A stretch of DNA of 64,000 nt from Paramoeba atlantica (lineage: Eukaryota; Protista; Discosea), in assembly GCA_977017575.1 (NCBI GenBank), contig CDRNVI010000083.1, positions 248,001 to 312,000 of the forward strand, in the 5' to 3' direction. How positions within the stretch are numbered: position 1 is the stretch's first letter; the number at the start of each line of letters is the position of its first letter. Both the position numbers and the translations under genes were made by a program. This document shows positions 45,801 through 57,400 of this stretch, piece after piece. The notes under the pieces were generated by a model. The model had not been told where the DNA came from and searched no databases. It worked only from the letters and a program-made list of their open reading frames with translations.

Positions 45801-48800
45801 ACCCTTTCTTTTGTTAAGCCCCTTTCTTTTGTTAAGCCCCTTTCTTTTGTTAAGACCCTTTCTTTTGTTAAGACCCTTTCTTTTGTTAAGACCCTTTCTT
45901 TTGTTAAGCCCCTTTCTTTTGTTAAGACCCTTTCTTTTGTTAAGACCCTTTCTTTTGTTAAGACCCTTTCTTTTGTTAAGACCCTTTCTTTTGTTAAGAC
46001 CCTTTCTTTTATAAAGACCCTTTCTTTTGTTAAGACCCTTTCTTTTGTTAAGCCCCTTTCTTTTGTTAAGCCCCTTTCTTTTGTTAAGACCCTTTCTTTT
46101 GTTAAGCCCCTTTCTTTTGTTAAGCCCCTTTCTTTTGTTAAGACCCTTTCTTTTGTTAAGACCCTTTCTTTTGTTAAGACCCTTTCTTTTGTTAAGACCC
46201 TTTCTTTTGTTAAGCCCCTTTCTTTTGTTAAGACCCTTTCTTTTGTTAAGACCCTTTCTTTTGTTAAGACCCTTTCTTTTGTTAAGACCCTTTCTTTTGT
46301 TAAGACCCTTTCTTTTGTTAAGCCCCTTTCTTTTGTTAAGACCCTTTCTTTTGTTAAGACCCTTTCTTTTGTTAAGACCCTTTCTTTTGTTAAGACCCTT
46401 TCTTTTGTTAAGACCCTTTCTTTTGTTAAGACCCTTTCTTTTGTTAAAACCCTTTCTTTTGTTAAGCCCCTTTCTTTTGTTAAGCCCCTTTCTTTTGTTA
46501 AGACCCTTTCTTTTGTTAAGCCCCTTTCTTTTGTTAAGACCCTTTCTTTTGTTAAGACCCTTTCTTTTGTTAAGACCCTTTCTTTTGTTAAGCCCCTTTC
46601 TTTTGTTAAGACCCTTTCTTTTGTTAAGACCCTTTCTTTTGTTAAGCCCCTTTCTTTTGTTAAGACCCTTTCTTTTGTTAAGCCCCTTTCTTTTGTTAAG
46701 ACCCTTTCTTTTGTTAAGACCCTTTCTTTTGTTAAGACCCTTTCTTTTGTTAAGACCCTTTCTTTTGTTAAGACCCTTTCTTTTGTTAAAACCCTTTCTT
46801 TTGTTAAGCCCCTTTCTTTTGTTAAGACCCTTTCTTTTGTTATGACCCTTTCTTTTGTTAAAACCCTTTCTTTTGTTAAGCCCCTTTCTTTTGTTAAGAC
46901 CCTTTCTTTTGCTAAGACCCTTCCTTTTGTTAAGACCCTTTCTTTTGTTAAGACCCTTTCTTTTGTTAAGACCCTTTCTTTTGTTAAGACCCTTTCTTTT
47001 GTTAAGACCCTTTCTTTTGTTAAGACCCTTTCTTTTGTTAAGACCCTTTCTTTTGTTAAGACCCTTTCTTTTGTTAAGACCCTTTCTTTTGTTAAGACCC
47101 TTTCTTTTGTTAAGACCCTTTCTTTTGTTAAGACCCTTTCTTTTGTTAAGACCCTTTCTTTTGTTAAGACCCTTTCTTTTGTTAAGACCCTTTCTTTTGT
47201 TAAGACCCTTTCTTTTATTAAGATCCTTTCTTTTGTTAAGACCCTTTCTTTTGTTAAGCCCCTTTCTTTTGTTAAGCCCCTTTCTTTTGTTAAGCCCCTT
47301 TCTTTTGTTAAGACCCTTTCTTTTGTTAAGCCCCTTTCTTTTGTTAAGACCCTTTCTTTTGTTAAGACCCTTTCTTTTGTTAAGACCTTTTCTTTTGTTA
47401 AGACCCTTTCTTTTGTTAAGCCCCTTTCTTTTGTTAAGACCCTTTCTTTTGTTAAGACCCTTTCTTTTGTTAAGACCCTTTCTTTTGTTAAGACCCTTTC
47501 TTTTGTTAAGACCCTTTCTTTTGTTAAAACCCTTTCTTTTGTTAAGCCCCTTTCTTTTGTTAAGACCCTTTCTTTTGTTAAAACCCTTTCTTTTGTTAAG
47601 ACCCTTTCTTTTGTTAAGCCCCTTTCTTTTGTTAAGACCCTTTCTTTTGTTAAGACCCTTTCTTTTGTTAAGCCCCTTTCTTTTGTTAAGCCCCTTTCTT
47701 TTGTTAAGACCCTTTCTTTTGTTAAGACCCTTTCTTTTGTTAAGCCCCTTTCTTTTGTTAAGACCTTTTCTTTTGTTAAGCCCCTTTTTTTTGTTAAGAC
47801 CCTTTCTTTTGTTAAGACCCTTTCTTTTGTTAAGACCCTTTCTTTTGTTAAGACCCTTTCTTTTGTTAAGACCCTTTCTTTTGTTAAAACCCTTTCTTTT
47901 GTTAAGCCCCTTTCTTTTGTTAAGACCCTTTCTTTTGTTAAGACCCTTTCTTTTGTTAAGACCCTTTCTTTTGTTAAGCCCCTTTCTTTTGTTAAGACCC
48001 TTTCTTTTGTTAAGACCCTTTCTTTTGTTAAGACCCTTTCTTTTGTTAAGACCCTTTCTTTTGTTAAAACCCTTTCTTTTGTTAAGCCCCTTTCTTTTGT
48101 TAAGCCCCTTTCTTTTGTTAAGACCCTTTCTTTTGTTAAGACCCTTTCTTTTGTTAAGACCCTTTCTTTTGTTAAGACCCTTTCTTTTGTTAAGACCCTT
48201 TCTTTTGTTAAGACCCTTTCTTTTGTTAAGACCCTTTCTTTTGTTAAGCCCCTTTCTTTTGTTAAGACCCTTTCTTTTGTTAAGACCCTTTCTTTTGTTA
48301 AGACCCTTTCTTTTGTTAAGCCCCTTTTTTTTGTTAAGACCCTTTCTTTTGTTAAGACCCTTTCTTTTGTTAAGACCCTTTCTTTTGTTAAGACCCTTTC
48401 TTTTGTTAAGCCCCTTTCTTTTGTTAAGACCCTTTCTTTTGTTAAGACCCTTTCTTTTGTTAAGACCCTTTCTTTTGTTAAGCCCCTTTTTTTTGTTAAG
48501 ACCCTTTCTTTTGTTAAGACCCTTTCTTTTGTTAAGACCCTTTCTTTTGTTAAGACCCTTTCTTTTGTTAAGACCCTTTCTTTTGTTAAGACCCTTTCTT
48601 TTGTTAAGACCCTTTCTTTTGCTAAGACCCTTCCTTTTGTTAAGACCCTTTCTTTTGTTAAGACCCTTTCTTTTGTTAAGACCCTTTCTTTTGTTAAGAC
48701 CCTTTCTTTTGTTAAGACCCTTTCTTTTGCTAAGACCCTTCCTTTTGTTAAGCCCCTTTTTTTTGTTAAGACCCTTTCTTTTGTTAAGACCCTTTCTTTT

Positions 48801-50401
48801 GTTAAGACCCTTTCTTTTGTTAAGACCCTTTCTTTTGTTAAGACCCTTTCTTTTGCTAAGACCCTTCCTTTTGTTAAGACCCTTTCTTTTGTTAAGACCC
48901 TTTCTTTTGTTAAGACCCTTTCTTTTGTTAAGACCCTTTCTTTTGTTAAGCCCCTTTCTTTTGTTAAGCCCCTTTCTTTTGTTAAGACCCTTTCTTTTGT
49001 TAAGACCCTTTCTTTTGTTAAGACCCTTTCTTTTGTTAAGACCTTTTCTTTTGTTAAGACCCTTTCTTTTGTTAAGCCCCTTTCTTTTGTTAAGACCCTT
49101 TCTTTTGTTAAGACCCTTTCTTTTGTTAAGACCCTTTCTTTTGTTAAGACCCTTTCTTTTGTTAAGACCCTTTCTTTTGTTAAGACCCTTTCTTTTGTTA
49201 AGACCCTTTCTTTTGTTAAAACCCTTTCTTTTGTTAAGCCCCTTTCTTTTGTTAAGACCCTTTCTTTTGTTAAAACCCTTTCTTTTGTTAAGCCCCTTTC
49301 TTTTGTTAAGCCCCTTTCTTTTGTTAAGACCCTTTCTTTTGTTAAGACCCTTTCTTTTGTTAAGCCCCTTTCTTTTGTTAAGACCCTTTCTTTTGTTAAG
49401 AACCTTTCTTTTGTTAAGACCCTTTCTTTTGTTAAGACCCTTTCTTTTGTTAAGCCCCTTTCTTTTGTTAAGCCCCTTTCTTTTGTTAAGACCCTTTCTT
49501 TTGTTAAGACCCTTTCTTTTGTTAAGCCCCTTTCTTTTGTTAAGACCTTTTCTTTTGTTAAGCCCCTTTTTTTTGTTAAGACCCTTTCTTTTGTTAAGAC
49601 CCTTTCTTTTGTTAAGACCCTTTCTTTTGTTAAGACCCTTTCTTTTGTTAAGACCCTTTCTTTTGTTAAAACCCTTTCTTTTGTTAAGCCCCTTTCTTTT
49701 GTTAAGACCCTTTCTTTTGTTAAGACCCTTTCTTTTGTTAAGACCCTTTCTTTTGTTAAGCCCCTTTCTTTTGTTAAGACCATTTCTTTTGTTAAGACCC
49801 TTTCTTTTGTTAAGACCCTTTCTTTTGTTAAGACCCTTTCTTTTGTTAAAACCCTTTCTTTTGTTAAGCCCCTTTCTTTTGTTAAGCCCCTTTCTTTTGT
49901 TAAGACCCTTTCTTTTGTTAAGACCCTTTCTTTTGTTAAGACCCTTTCTTTTGTTAAGACCCTTTCTTTTGTTAAGACCCTTTCTTTTGTTAAGACCCTT
50001 TCTTTTGTTAAGACCCTTTCTTTTGTTAAGCCCCTTTCTTTTGTTAAGACCCTTTCTTTTGTTAAGACCCTTTCTTTTGTTAAGACCCTTTCTTTTGTTA
50101 AGCCCCTTTTTTTTGTTAAGACCCTTTCTTTTGTTAAGACCCTTTCTTTTGTTAAGACCCTTTCTTTTGTTAAGACCCTTTCTTTTGTTAAGCCCCTTTC
50201 TTTTGTTAAGACCCTTTCTTTTGTTAAGACCCTTTCTTTTGTTAAGACCCTTTCTTTTGTTAAGCCCCTTTTTTTTGTTAAGACCCTTTCTTTTGTTAAG
50301 ACCCTTTCTTTTGTTAAGACCCTTTCTTTTGTTAAGACCCTTTCTTTTGTTAAGACCCTTTCTTTTGTTAAGACCCTTTCTTTTGTTAAGACCCTTTCTT
50401 T
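33837..50401. repeat. 18-bp satellite array 1 (about 920 units, 16.6 kb) with higher-order variant structure
   Basis: Consensus TCTTTTGTTAAGACCCTT with the major variant GCCC. Register is kept end to end (50397-33837 = 920 x 18). Confidence 0.99.
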
Positions 50402-50635
50402 GGCTCCACGGGCACTTCCGTGAGTTTTTGAGACACTTCGATGATTTCTCACCGAAGTGCCTACGTGTCACAGGGTGACTCATCGAAACGTCAATCTTCT
50501 CATCGGAGGTGATTTTAATTGCTTTGGAAAGAAAAAAATCGAGAACATGAAAATAAGAAAGCGGCGACACTGAGAATCTGTGTCTGCCACTTCCGCAGGT
50601 TTGTGTATTTGTTTTCCTATACTACGACACCTAGT

Positions 50636-50908
50636 TTACGTGTCTGGAGGCAAGGCCCAACTTTGAGAGAAGCCCACTTCTGGAGGCAAAAGCCCCCGTT
50701 TGCGAGCAAGGCCCAACTGTGAGCGTAGCCCTGGGACATAATTATATTTTTTGGCGACCCGCGCGCTCCATGCGGAGGTGGTGGATATTAGCACGGCGGG
50801 CGGATGAGTTGGCATCACGGCCTTCTTTTTCCATCGGGCACGAGGGAGCGGCAAAATCTCAGGAGCTACTCCTGATTCTTTTGCTTTGGAGCGTGTGAAC
50901 ACTCCCAT
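50636..50908 (-). CDS. 90-aa hypothetical ORF directly downstream of an SL exon (putative retrocopy)
   Basis: The ATG lies about 23 nt after the SL TTG; no motif was recognised. Confidence 0.45.
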   Translation of the reverse strand: MGVFTRSKAKESGVAPEILPLPRARWKKKAVMPTHPPAVLISTTSAWSARVAKKYNYVPGLRSQLGLARKRGLLPPEVGFSQSWALPPDT

Positions 50909-50931
50909 GAAAGGTAAAAAAAGTAAATAAT

Positions 50932-50970
50932 CAACAAGGTACAGAAACTGTATCTTTATCGTTAAAGATT
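50932..50970 (-). other. Spliced-leader exon-like sequence, 39 nt
   Basis: The minus strand reads AATCTTTAACGATAAAGATACAGTTTCTGTACCTTGTTG. It is 39 nt and begins AA, as canonical kinetoplastid SL exons do. Confidence 0.87.
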
Positions 50971-51470
50971 ATTGTACGTGTGCTTCTCTCTAGATTCGTG
51001 GGAAGCAATTTGCGAAGCCCAACTACCTTGATAACAAATTTTAGTACCCATTTTGGCCGCGCGGGGGCCCCCGCGTGAGCGGGGGTGCGCGCGGCCGCGA
51101 AACGGCGAGGGCCCGCGTGAGCGGGGCTGAGCCGTACCCCGCGTAGGATTCCCCTGTTCGTCGTTAGTGGGAAGCAATTTGCGAAGCTCACTGAATTTCG
51201 TAGTTTTCGCTACGCAGGCGTTGTCAACGTATATAGTGAAGTGTAGGATACTGAACGCACGGAAAATGAAAATCGCGCTGGCGCGCGGGTCGCGCACTGA
51301 GAACCTATGTCTGCCACTTCCGCAGGATTGTGTATTTGTTTTTTAGTCGAAAATGCAGCTACCACCTCAAAAGTAATTAAAATCACCTTCGATGAGTTTC
51401 TTTCGTTTCGATGATTTTCGTTTTGACACGTGGGCGTTTCGATGAGTACTCACGGAAGTGTCCTCGTACC

Positions 51471-54400
51471 CCTTTCTTTTGCTAAGACCCTTCCTTTTGT
51501 TAAGACCCTTTCTTTTGTTAAGACCCTTTCTTTTGTTAAGACCCTTTCTTTTGTTAAGACCCTTTCTTTTGTTAAGACCCTTTCTTTTGCTAAGACCCTT
51601 CCTTTTGTTAAGCCCCTTTTTTTTGTTAAGACCCTTTCTTTTGTTAAGACCCTTTCTTTTGTTAAGACCCTTTCTTTTGTTAAGACCCTTTCTTTTGTTA
51701 AGACCCTTTCTTTTGTTAAGACCCTTTCTTTTGCTAAGACCCTTCCTTTTGTTAAGACCCTTTCTTTTGTTAAGACCCTTTCTTTTGTTAAGACCCTTTC
51801 TTTTGTTAAGACCCTTTCTTTTGTTAAGCCCCTTTCTTTTGTTAAGCCCCTTTCTTTTGTTAAGACCCTTTCTTTTGTTAAGACCCTTTCTTTTGTTAAG
51901 ACCTTTTCTTTTGTTAAGACCCTTTCTTTTGTTAAGCCCCTTTCTTTTGTTAAGACCCTTTCTTTTGTTAAGACCCTTTCTTTTGTTAAGACCCTTTCTT
52001 TTGTTAAGACCCTTTCTTTTGTTAAGACCCTTTCTTTTGTTAAGACCCTTTCTTTTGTTAAAACCCTTTCTTTTGTTAAGCCCCTTTCTTTTGTTAAGAC
52101 CCTTTCTTTTGTTAAAACCCTTTCTTTTGTTAAGCCCCTTTCTTTTGTTAAGCCCCTTTCTTTTGTTAAGACCCTTTCTTTTGTTAAGACCCTTTCTTTT
52201 GTTAAGCCCCTTTCTTTTGTTAAGACCCTTTCTTTTGTTAAGAACCTTTCTTTTGTTAAGACCCTTTCTTTTGTTAAGACCCTTTCTTTTGTTAAGACCC
52301 TTTCTTTTGTTAAGACCCTTTCTTTTGTTAAGACCTTTTCTTTTGTTAAGACCCTTTCTTTTGTTAAGACCCTTTCTTTTGTTAAGCCCCTTTCTTTTGT
52401 TAAGACCCTTTCTTTTGTTAAGCCCCTTTCTTTTGTTAAGCCCCTTTCTTTTGTTAAGACCCTTTCTTTTGTTAAGCCCCTTTCTTTTGTTAAGACCCTT
52501 TCTTTTGTTAAGACCCTTTCTTTTGTTAAGACCCTTTCTTTTGTTAAGCCCCTTTCTTTTGTTGAGACCCTTTCTTTTGTTAAGACCCTTTCTTTTGTTA
52601 AGACCCTTTCTTTTGTTAAGACCCTTTCTTTTGTTAAGACCCTTTCTTTTGTTAAGACCCTTTCTTTTGTTAAAACCCTTTCTTTTGTTAAGCCCCTTTC
52701 TTTTGTTAAGCCCCTTTCTTTTGTTAAGACCCTTTCTTTTGTTAAGACCCTTTCTTTTGTTAAGACCCTTTCTTTTGTTAAGACCCTTTCTTTTGTTAAG
52801 CCCCTTTCTTTTGTTAAGACCCTTTCTTTTGTTAAGACCCTTTCTTTTGTTAAGACCCTTTCTTTTGTTAAGACGCTTTCTTTTGTTAAGACCCTTTCTT
52901 TTGTTAAGCCCCTTTCTTTTGTTAAGACCCTTTCTTTTGTTAAGACCCTTTCTTTTGTTAAGCCCCTTTCTTTTGTTAAGACCCTTTCTTTTGTTAAGAA
53001 CCTTTCTTTTGTTAAGACCCTTTCTTTTGTTAAGACCCTTTCTTTTGTTAAGACCCTTTCTTTTGTTAAGACCCTTTCTTTTGTTAAGACCTTTTCTTTT
53101 GTTAAGACCCTTTCTTTTGTTAAGACCCTTTCTTTTGTTAAGCCCCTTTCTTTTGTTAAGACCCTTTCTTTTGTTAAGCCCCTTTCTTTTGTTAAGCCCC
53201 TTTCTTTTGTTAAGACCCTTTCTTTTGTTAAGCCCCTTTCTTTTGTTAAGACCCTTTCTTTTGTTAAGACCCTTTCTTTTGTTAAGACCCTTTCTTTTGT
53301 TAAGACCCTTTCTTTTGTTAAGCCCCTTTCTTTTGTTAAGCCCCTTTCTTTTGTTAAGACCCTTTCTTTTGTTAAGACCCTTTCTTTTGTTAAGCCCCTT
53401 TCTTTTGTTAAGACCTTTTCTTTTGTTAAGCCCCTTTTTTTTGTTAAGACCCTTTCTTTTGTTAAGACCCTTTCTTTTGTTAAGACCCTTTCTTTTGTTA
53501 AGACCCTTTCTTTTGTTAAGACCCTTTCTTTTGTTAAAACCCTTTCTTTTGTTAAGCCCCTTTCTTTTGTTAAGACCCTTTCTTTTGTTAAGACCCTTTC
53601 TTTTGTTAAGACCCTTTCTTTTGTTAAGCCCCTTTCTTTTGTTAAGACCCTTTCTTTTGTTAAGACCCTTTCTTTTGTTAAGACCCTTTCTTTTGTTAAG
53701 ACCCTTTCTTTTGTTAAAACCCTTTCTTTTGTTAAGCCCCTTTCTTTTGTTAAGCCCCTTTCTTTTGTTAAGACCCTTTCTTTTGTTAAGACCCTTTCTT
53801 TTGTTAAGACCCTTTCTTTTGTTAAGACCCTTTCTTTTGTTAAGACCCTTTCTTTTGTTAAGACCCTTTCTTTTGTTAAGACCCTTTCTTTTGTTAAGCC
53901 CCTTTCTTTTGTTAAGACCCTTTCTTTTGTTAAGACCCTTTCTTTTGTTAAGACCCTTTCTTTTGTTAAGCCCCTTTTTTTTGTTAAGACCCTTTCTTTT
54001 GTTAAGACCCTTTCTTTTGTTAAGACCCTTTCTTTTGTTAAGACCCTTTCTTTTGTTAAGCCCCTTTCTTTTGTTAAGACCCTTTCTTTTGTTAAGACCC
54101 TTTCTTTTGTTAAGACCCTTTCTTTTGTTAAGCCCCTTTTTTTTGTTAAGACCCTTTCTTTTGTTAAGACCCTTTCTTTTGTTAAGACCCTTTCTTTTGT
54201 TAAGACCCTTTCTTTTGTTAAGACCCTTTCTTTTGTTAAGACCCTTTCTTTTGTTAAGACCCTTTCTTTTGCTAAGACCCTTCCTTTTGTTAAGACCCTT
54301 TCTTTTGTTAAGACCCTTTCTTTTGTTAAGACCCTTTCTTTTGTTAAGACCCTTTCTTTTGTTAAGACCCTTTCTTTTGCTAAGACCCTTCCTTTTGTTA

Positions 54401-57400
54401 AGCCCCTTTTTTTTGTTAAGACCCTTTCTTTTGTTAAGACCCTTTCTTTTGTTAAGACCCTTTCTTTTGTTAAGACCCTTTCTTTTGTTAAGACCCTTTC
54501 TTTTGTTAAGACCCTTTCTTTTGCTAAGACCCTTCCTTTTGTTAAGACCCTTTCTTTTGTTAAGACCCTTTCTTTTGTTAAGACCCTTTCTTTTGTTAAG
54601 ACCCTTTCTTTTGTTAAGCCCCTTTCTTTTGTTAAGCCCCTTTCTTTTGTTAAGACCCTTTCTTTTGTTAAGACCCTTTCTTTTGTTAAGACCCTTTCTT
54701 TTGTTAAGACCCTTTCTTTTGTTAAGCCCCTTTCTTTTGTTAAGACCCTTTCTTTTGTTAAGACCCTTTCTTTTGTTAAGACCCTTTCTTTTGTTAAGAC
54801 CCTTTCTTTTGTTAAGACCCTTTCTTTTGTTAAGACCCTTTCTTTTGTTAAAACCCTTTCTTTTGTTAAGCCCCTTTCTTTTGTTAAGCCCCTTTCTTTT
54901 GTTAAGACCCTTTCTTTTGTTAAGCCCCTTTCTTTTGTTAAGACCCTTTCTTTTGTTAAGACCCTTTCTTTTGTTAAGACCCTTTCTTTTGTTAAGCCCC
55001 TTTCTTTTGTTAAGACCCTTTCTTTTGTTAAGACCCTTTCTTTTGTTAAGCCCCTTTCTTTTGTTAAGACCCTTTCTTTTGTTAAGACCCTTTCTTTTGT
55101 TAAGACCCTTTCTTTTGTTAAGACCCTTTCTTTTGTTAAGACCCTTTCTTTTGTTAAGCCCCTTTCTTTTGTTAAGACCCTTTCTTTTGTTAAGACCCTT
55201 TCTTTTGTTAAGACCCTTTCTTTTGTTAAGACCCTTTCTTTTGTTAAGACCCTTTCTTTTGTTAAGACCCTTTCTTTTGTTAAAACCCTTTCTTTTGTTA
55301 AGCCCCTTTCTTTTGTTAAGCCCCTTTCTTTTGTTAAGACCCTTTCTTTTGTTAAGCCCCTTTCTTTTGTTAAGACCCTTTCTTTTGTTAAGACCCTTTC
55401 TTTTGTTAAGACCCTTTCTTTTGTTAAGCCCCTTTCTTTTGTTAAGACCCTTTCTTTTGTTAAGACCCTTTCTTTTGTTAAGCCCCTTTCTTTTGTTAAG
55501 ACCCTTTCTTTTGTTAAGCCCCTTTCTTTTGTTAAGACCCTTTCTTTTGTTAAGACCCTTTCTTTTGTTAAGACCCTTTCTTTTGTTAAGACCCTTTCTT
55601 TTGTTAAGACCCTTTCTTTTGTTAAGACCCTTTCTTTTGTTAAGACCCTTTCTTTTGTTAAGCCCCTTTCTTTTGTTAAGCCCCTTTCTTTTGTTAAGAC
55701 CCTTTCTTTTGTTAAGACCCTTTCTTTTGTTAAGACCCTTTCTTTTGTTAAGACCTTTTCTTTTGTTAAGACCCTTTCTTTTGTTAAGCCCCTTTCTTTT
55801 GTTAAGACCCTTTCTTTTGTTAAGACCCTTTCTTTTGTTAAGACCCTTTCTTTTGTTAAGACCCTTTCTTTTGTTAAGACCCTTTCTTTTGTTAAGACCC
55901 TTTCTTTTGTTAAAACCCTTTCTTTTGTTAAGCCCCTTTCTTTTGTTAAGACCCTTTCTTTTGTTAAAACCCTTTCTTTTGTTAAGCCCCTTTCTTTTGT
56001 TAAGCCCCTTTCTTTTGTTAAGACCCTTTCTTTTGTTAAGACCCTTTCTTTTGTTAAGCCCCTTTCTTTTGTTAAGACCCTTTCTTTTGTTAAGAACCTT
56101 TCTTTTGTTAAGACCCTTTCTTTTGTTAAGACCCTTTCTTTTGTTAAGACCCTTTCTTTTGTTAAGACCCTTTCTTTTGTTAAGACCTTTTCTTTTGTTA
56201 AGACCCTTTCTTTTGTTAAGACCCTTTCTTTTGTTAAGCCCCTTTCTTTTGTTAAGACCCTTTCTTTTGTTAAGCCCCTTTCTTTTGTTAAGCCCCTTTC
56301 TTTTGTTAAGACCCTTTCTTTTGTTAAGCCCCTTTCTTTTGTTAAGACCCTTTCTTTTGTTAAGACCCTTTCTTTTGTTAAGACCCTTTCTTTTGTTAAG
56401 CCCCTTTCTTTTGTTAAGACCCTTTCTTTTGTTAAGACCCTTTCTTTTGTTAAGACCCTTTCTTTTGTTAAGACCCTTTCTTTTGTTAAGACCCTTTCTT
56501 TTGTTAAGACCCTTTCTTTTGTTAAAACCCTTTCTTTTGTTAAGCCCCTTTCTTTTGTTAAGCCCCTTTCTTTTGTTAAGACCCTTTCTTTTGTTAAGAC
56601 CCTTTCTTTTGTTAAGACCCTTTCTTTTGTTAAGACCCTTTCTTTTGTTAAGCCCCTTTCTTTTGTTAAGACCCTTTCTTTTGTTAAGACCCTTTCTTTT
56701 GTTAAGACCCTTTCTTTTGTTAAGACCCTTTCTTTTGTTAAGACCCTTTCTTTTATTAAGACCCTTTCTTTTGTTAAGACCCTTTCTTTTGTTAAGCCCC
56801 TTTCTTTTGTTAAGCCCCTTTCTTTTGTTAAGACCCTTTCTTTTGTTAAGCCCCTTTCTTTTGTTAAGCCCCTTTCTTTTGTTAAGACCCTTTCTTTTGT
56901 TAAGACTCTTTCTTTTGTTAAGCCCCTTTCTTTTGTTAAGACCCTTTCTTTTGTTAAGACCCTTTCTTTTGTTAAGACCCTTTCTTTTGTTAAGACCCTT
57001 TCTTTTGTTAAGACCCTTTCTTTTGTTAAGCCCCTTTCTTTTGTTAAGACCCTTTCTTTTGTTAAGACCCTTTCTTTTGTTAAGACCCTTTCTTTTGTTA
57101 AGACCCTTTCTTTTGTTAAGACCCTTTCTTTTGTTAAGACCCTTTCTTTTGTTAAAACCCTTTCTTTTGTTAAGCCCCTTTCTTTTGTTAAGCCCCTTTC
57201 TTTTGTTAAGACCCTTTCTTTTGTTAAGCCCCTTTCTTTTGTTAAGACCCTTTCTTTTGTTAAGACCCTTTCTTTTGTTAAGACCCTTTCTTTTGTTAAG
57301 ACCCTTTCTTTTGTTAAGACCCTTTCTTTTGTTAAAACCCTTTCTTTTGTTAAGCCCCTTTCTTTTGTTAAGACCCTTTCTTTTGTTAAAACCCTTTCTT

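Larger units (their letters stand above)
50402..51470. mobile_element. 1069-bp non-autonomous DNA transposon (GG..CC ends, about 120-bp imperfect TIRs, 9-bp TSD CCTTTCTTT); Mutator-like or Merlin-like
   Basis: CACTTCCGTGAGT/ACTCACGGAAGTG and CTCATCG(G/A)AGGTGATTTTAATT inverted matches. The TSD lies at 50393-50401 and 51471-51479, and removing the element restores a perfect satellite unit. Confidence 0.85.
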
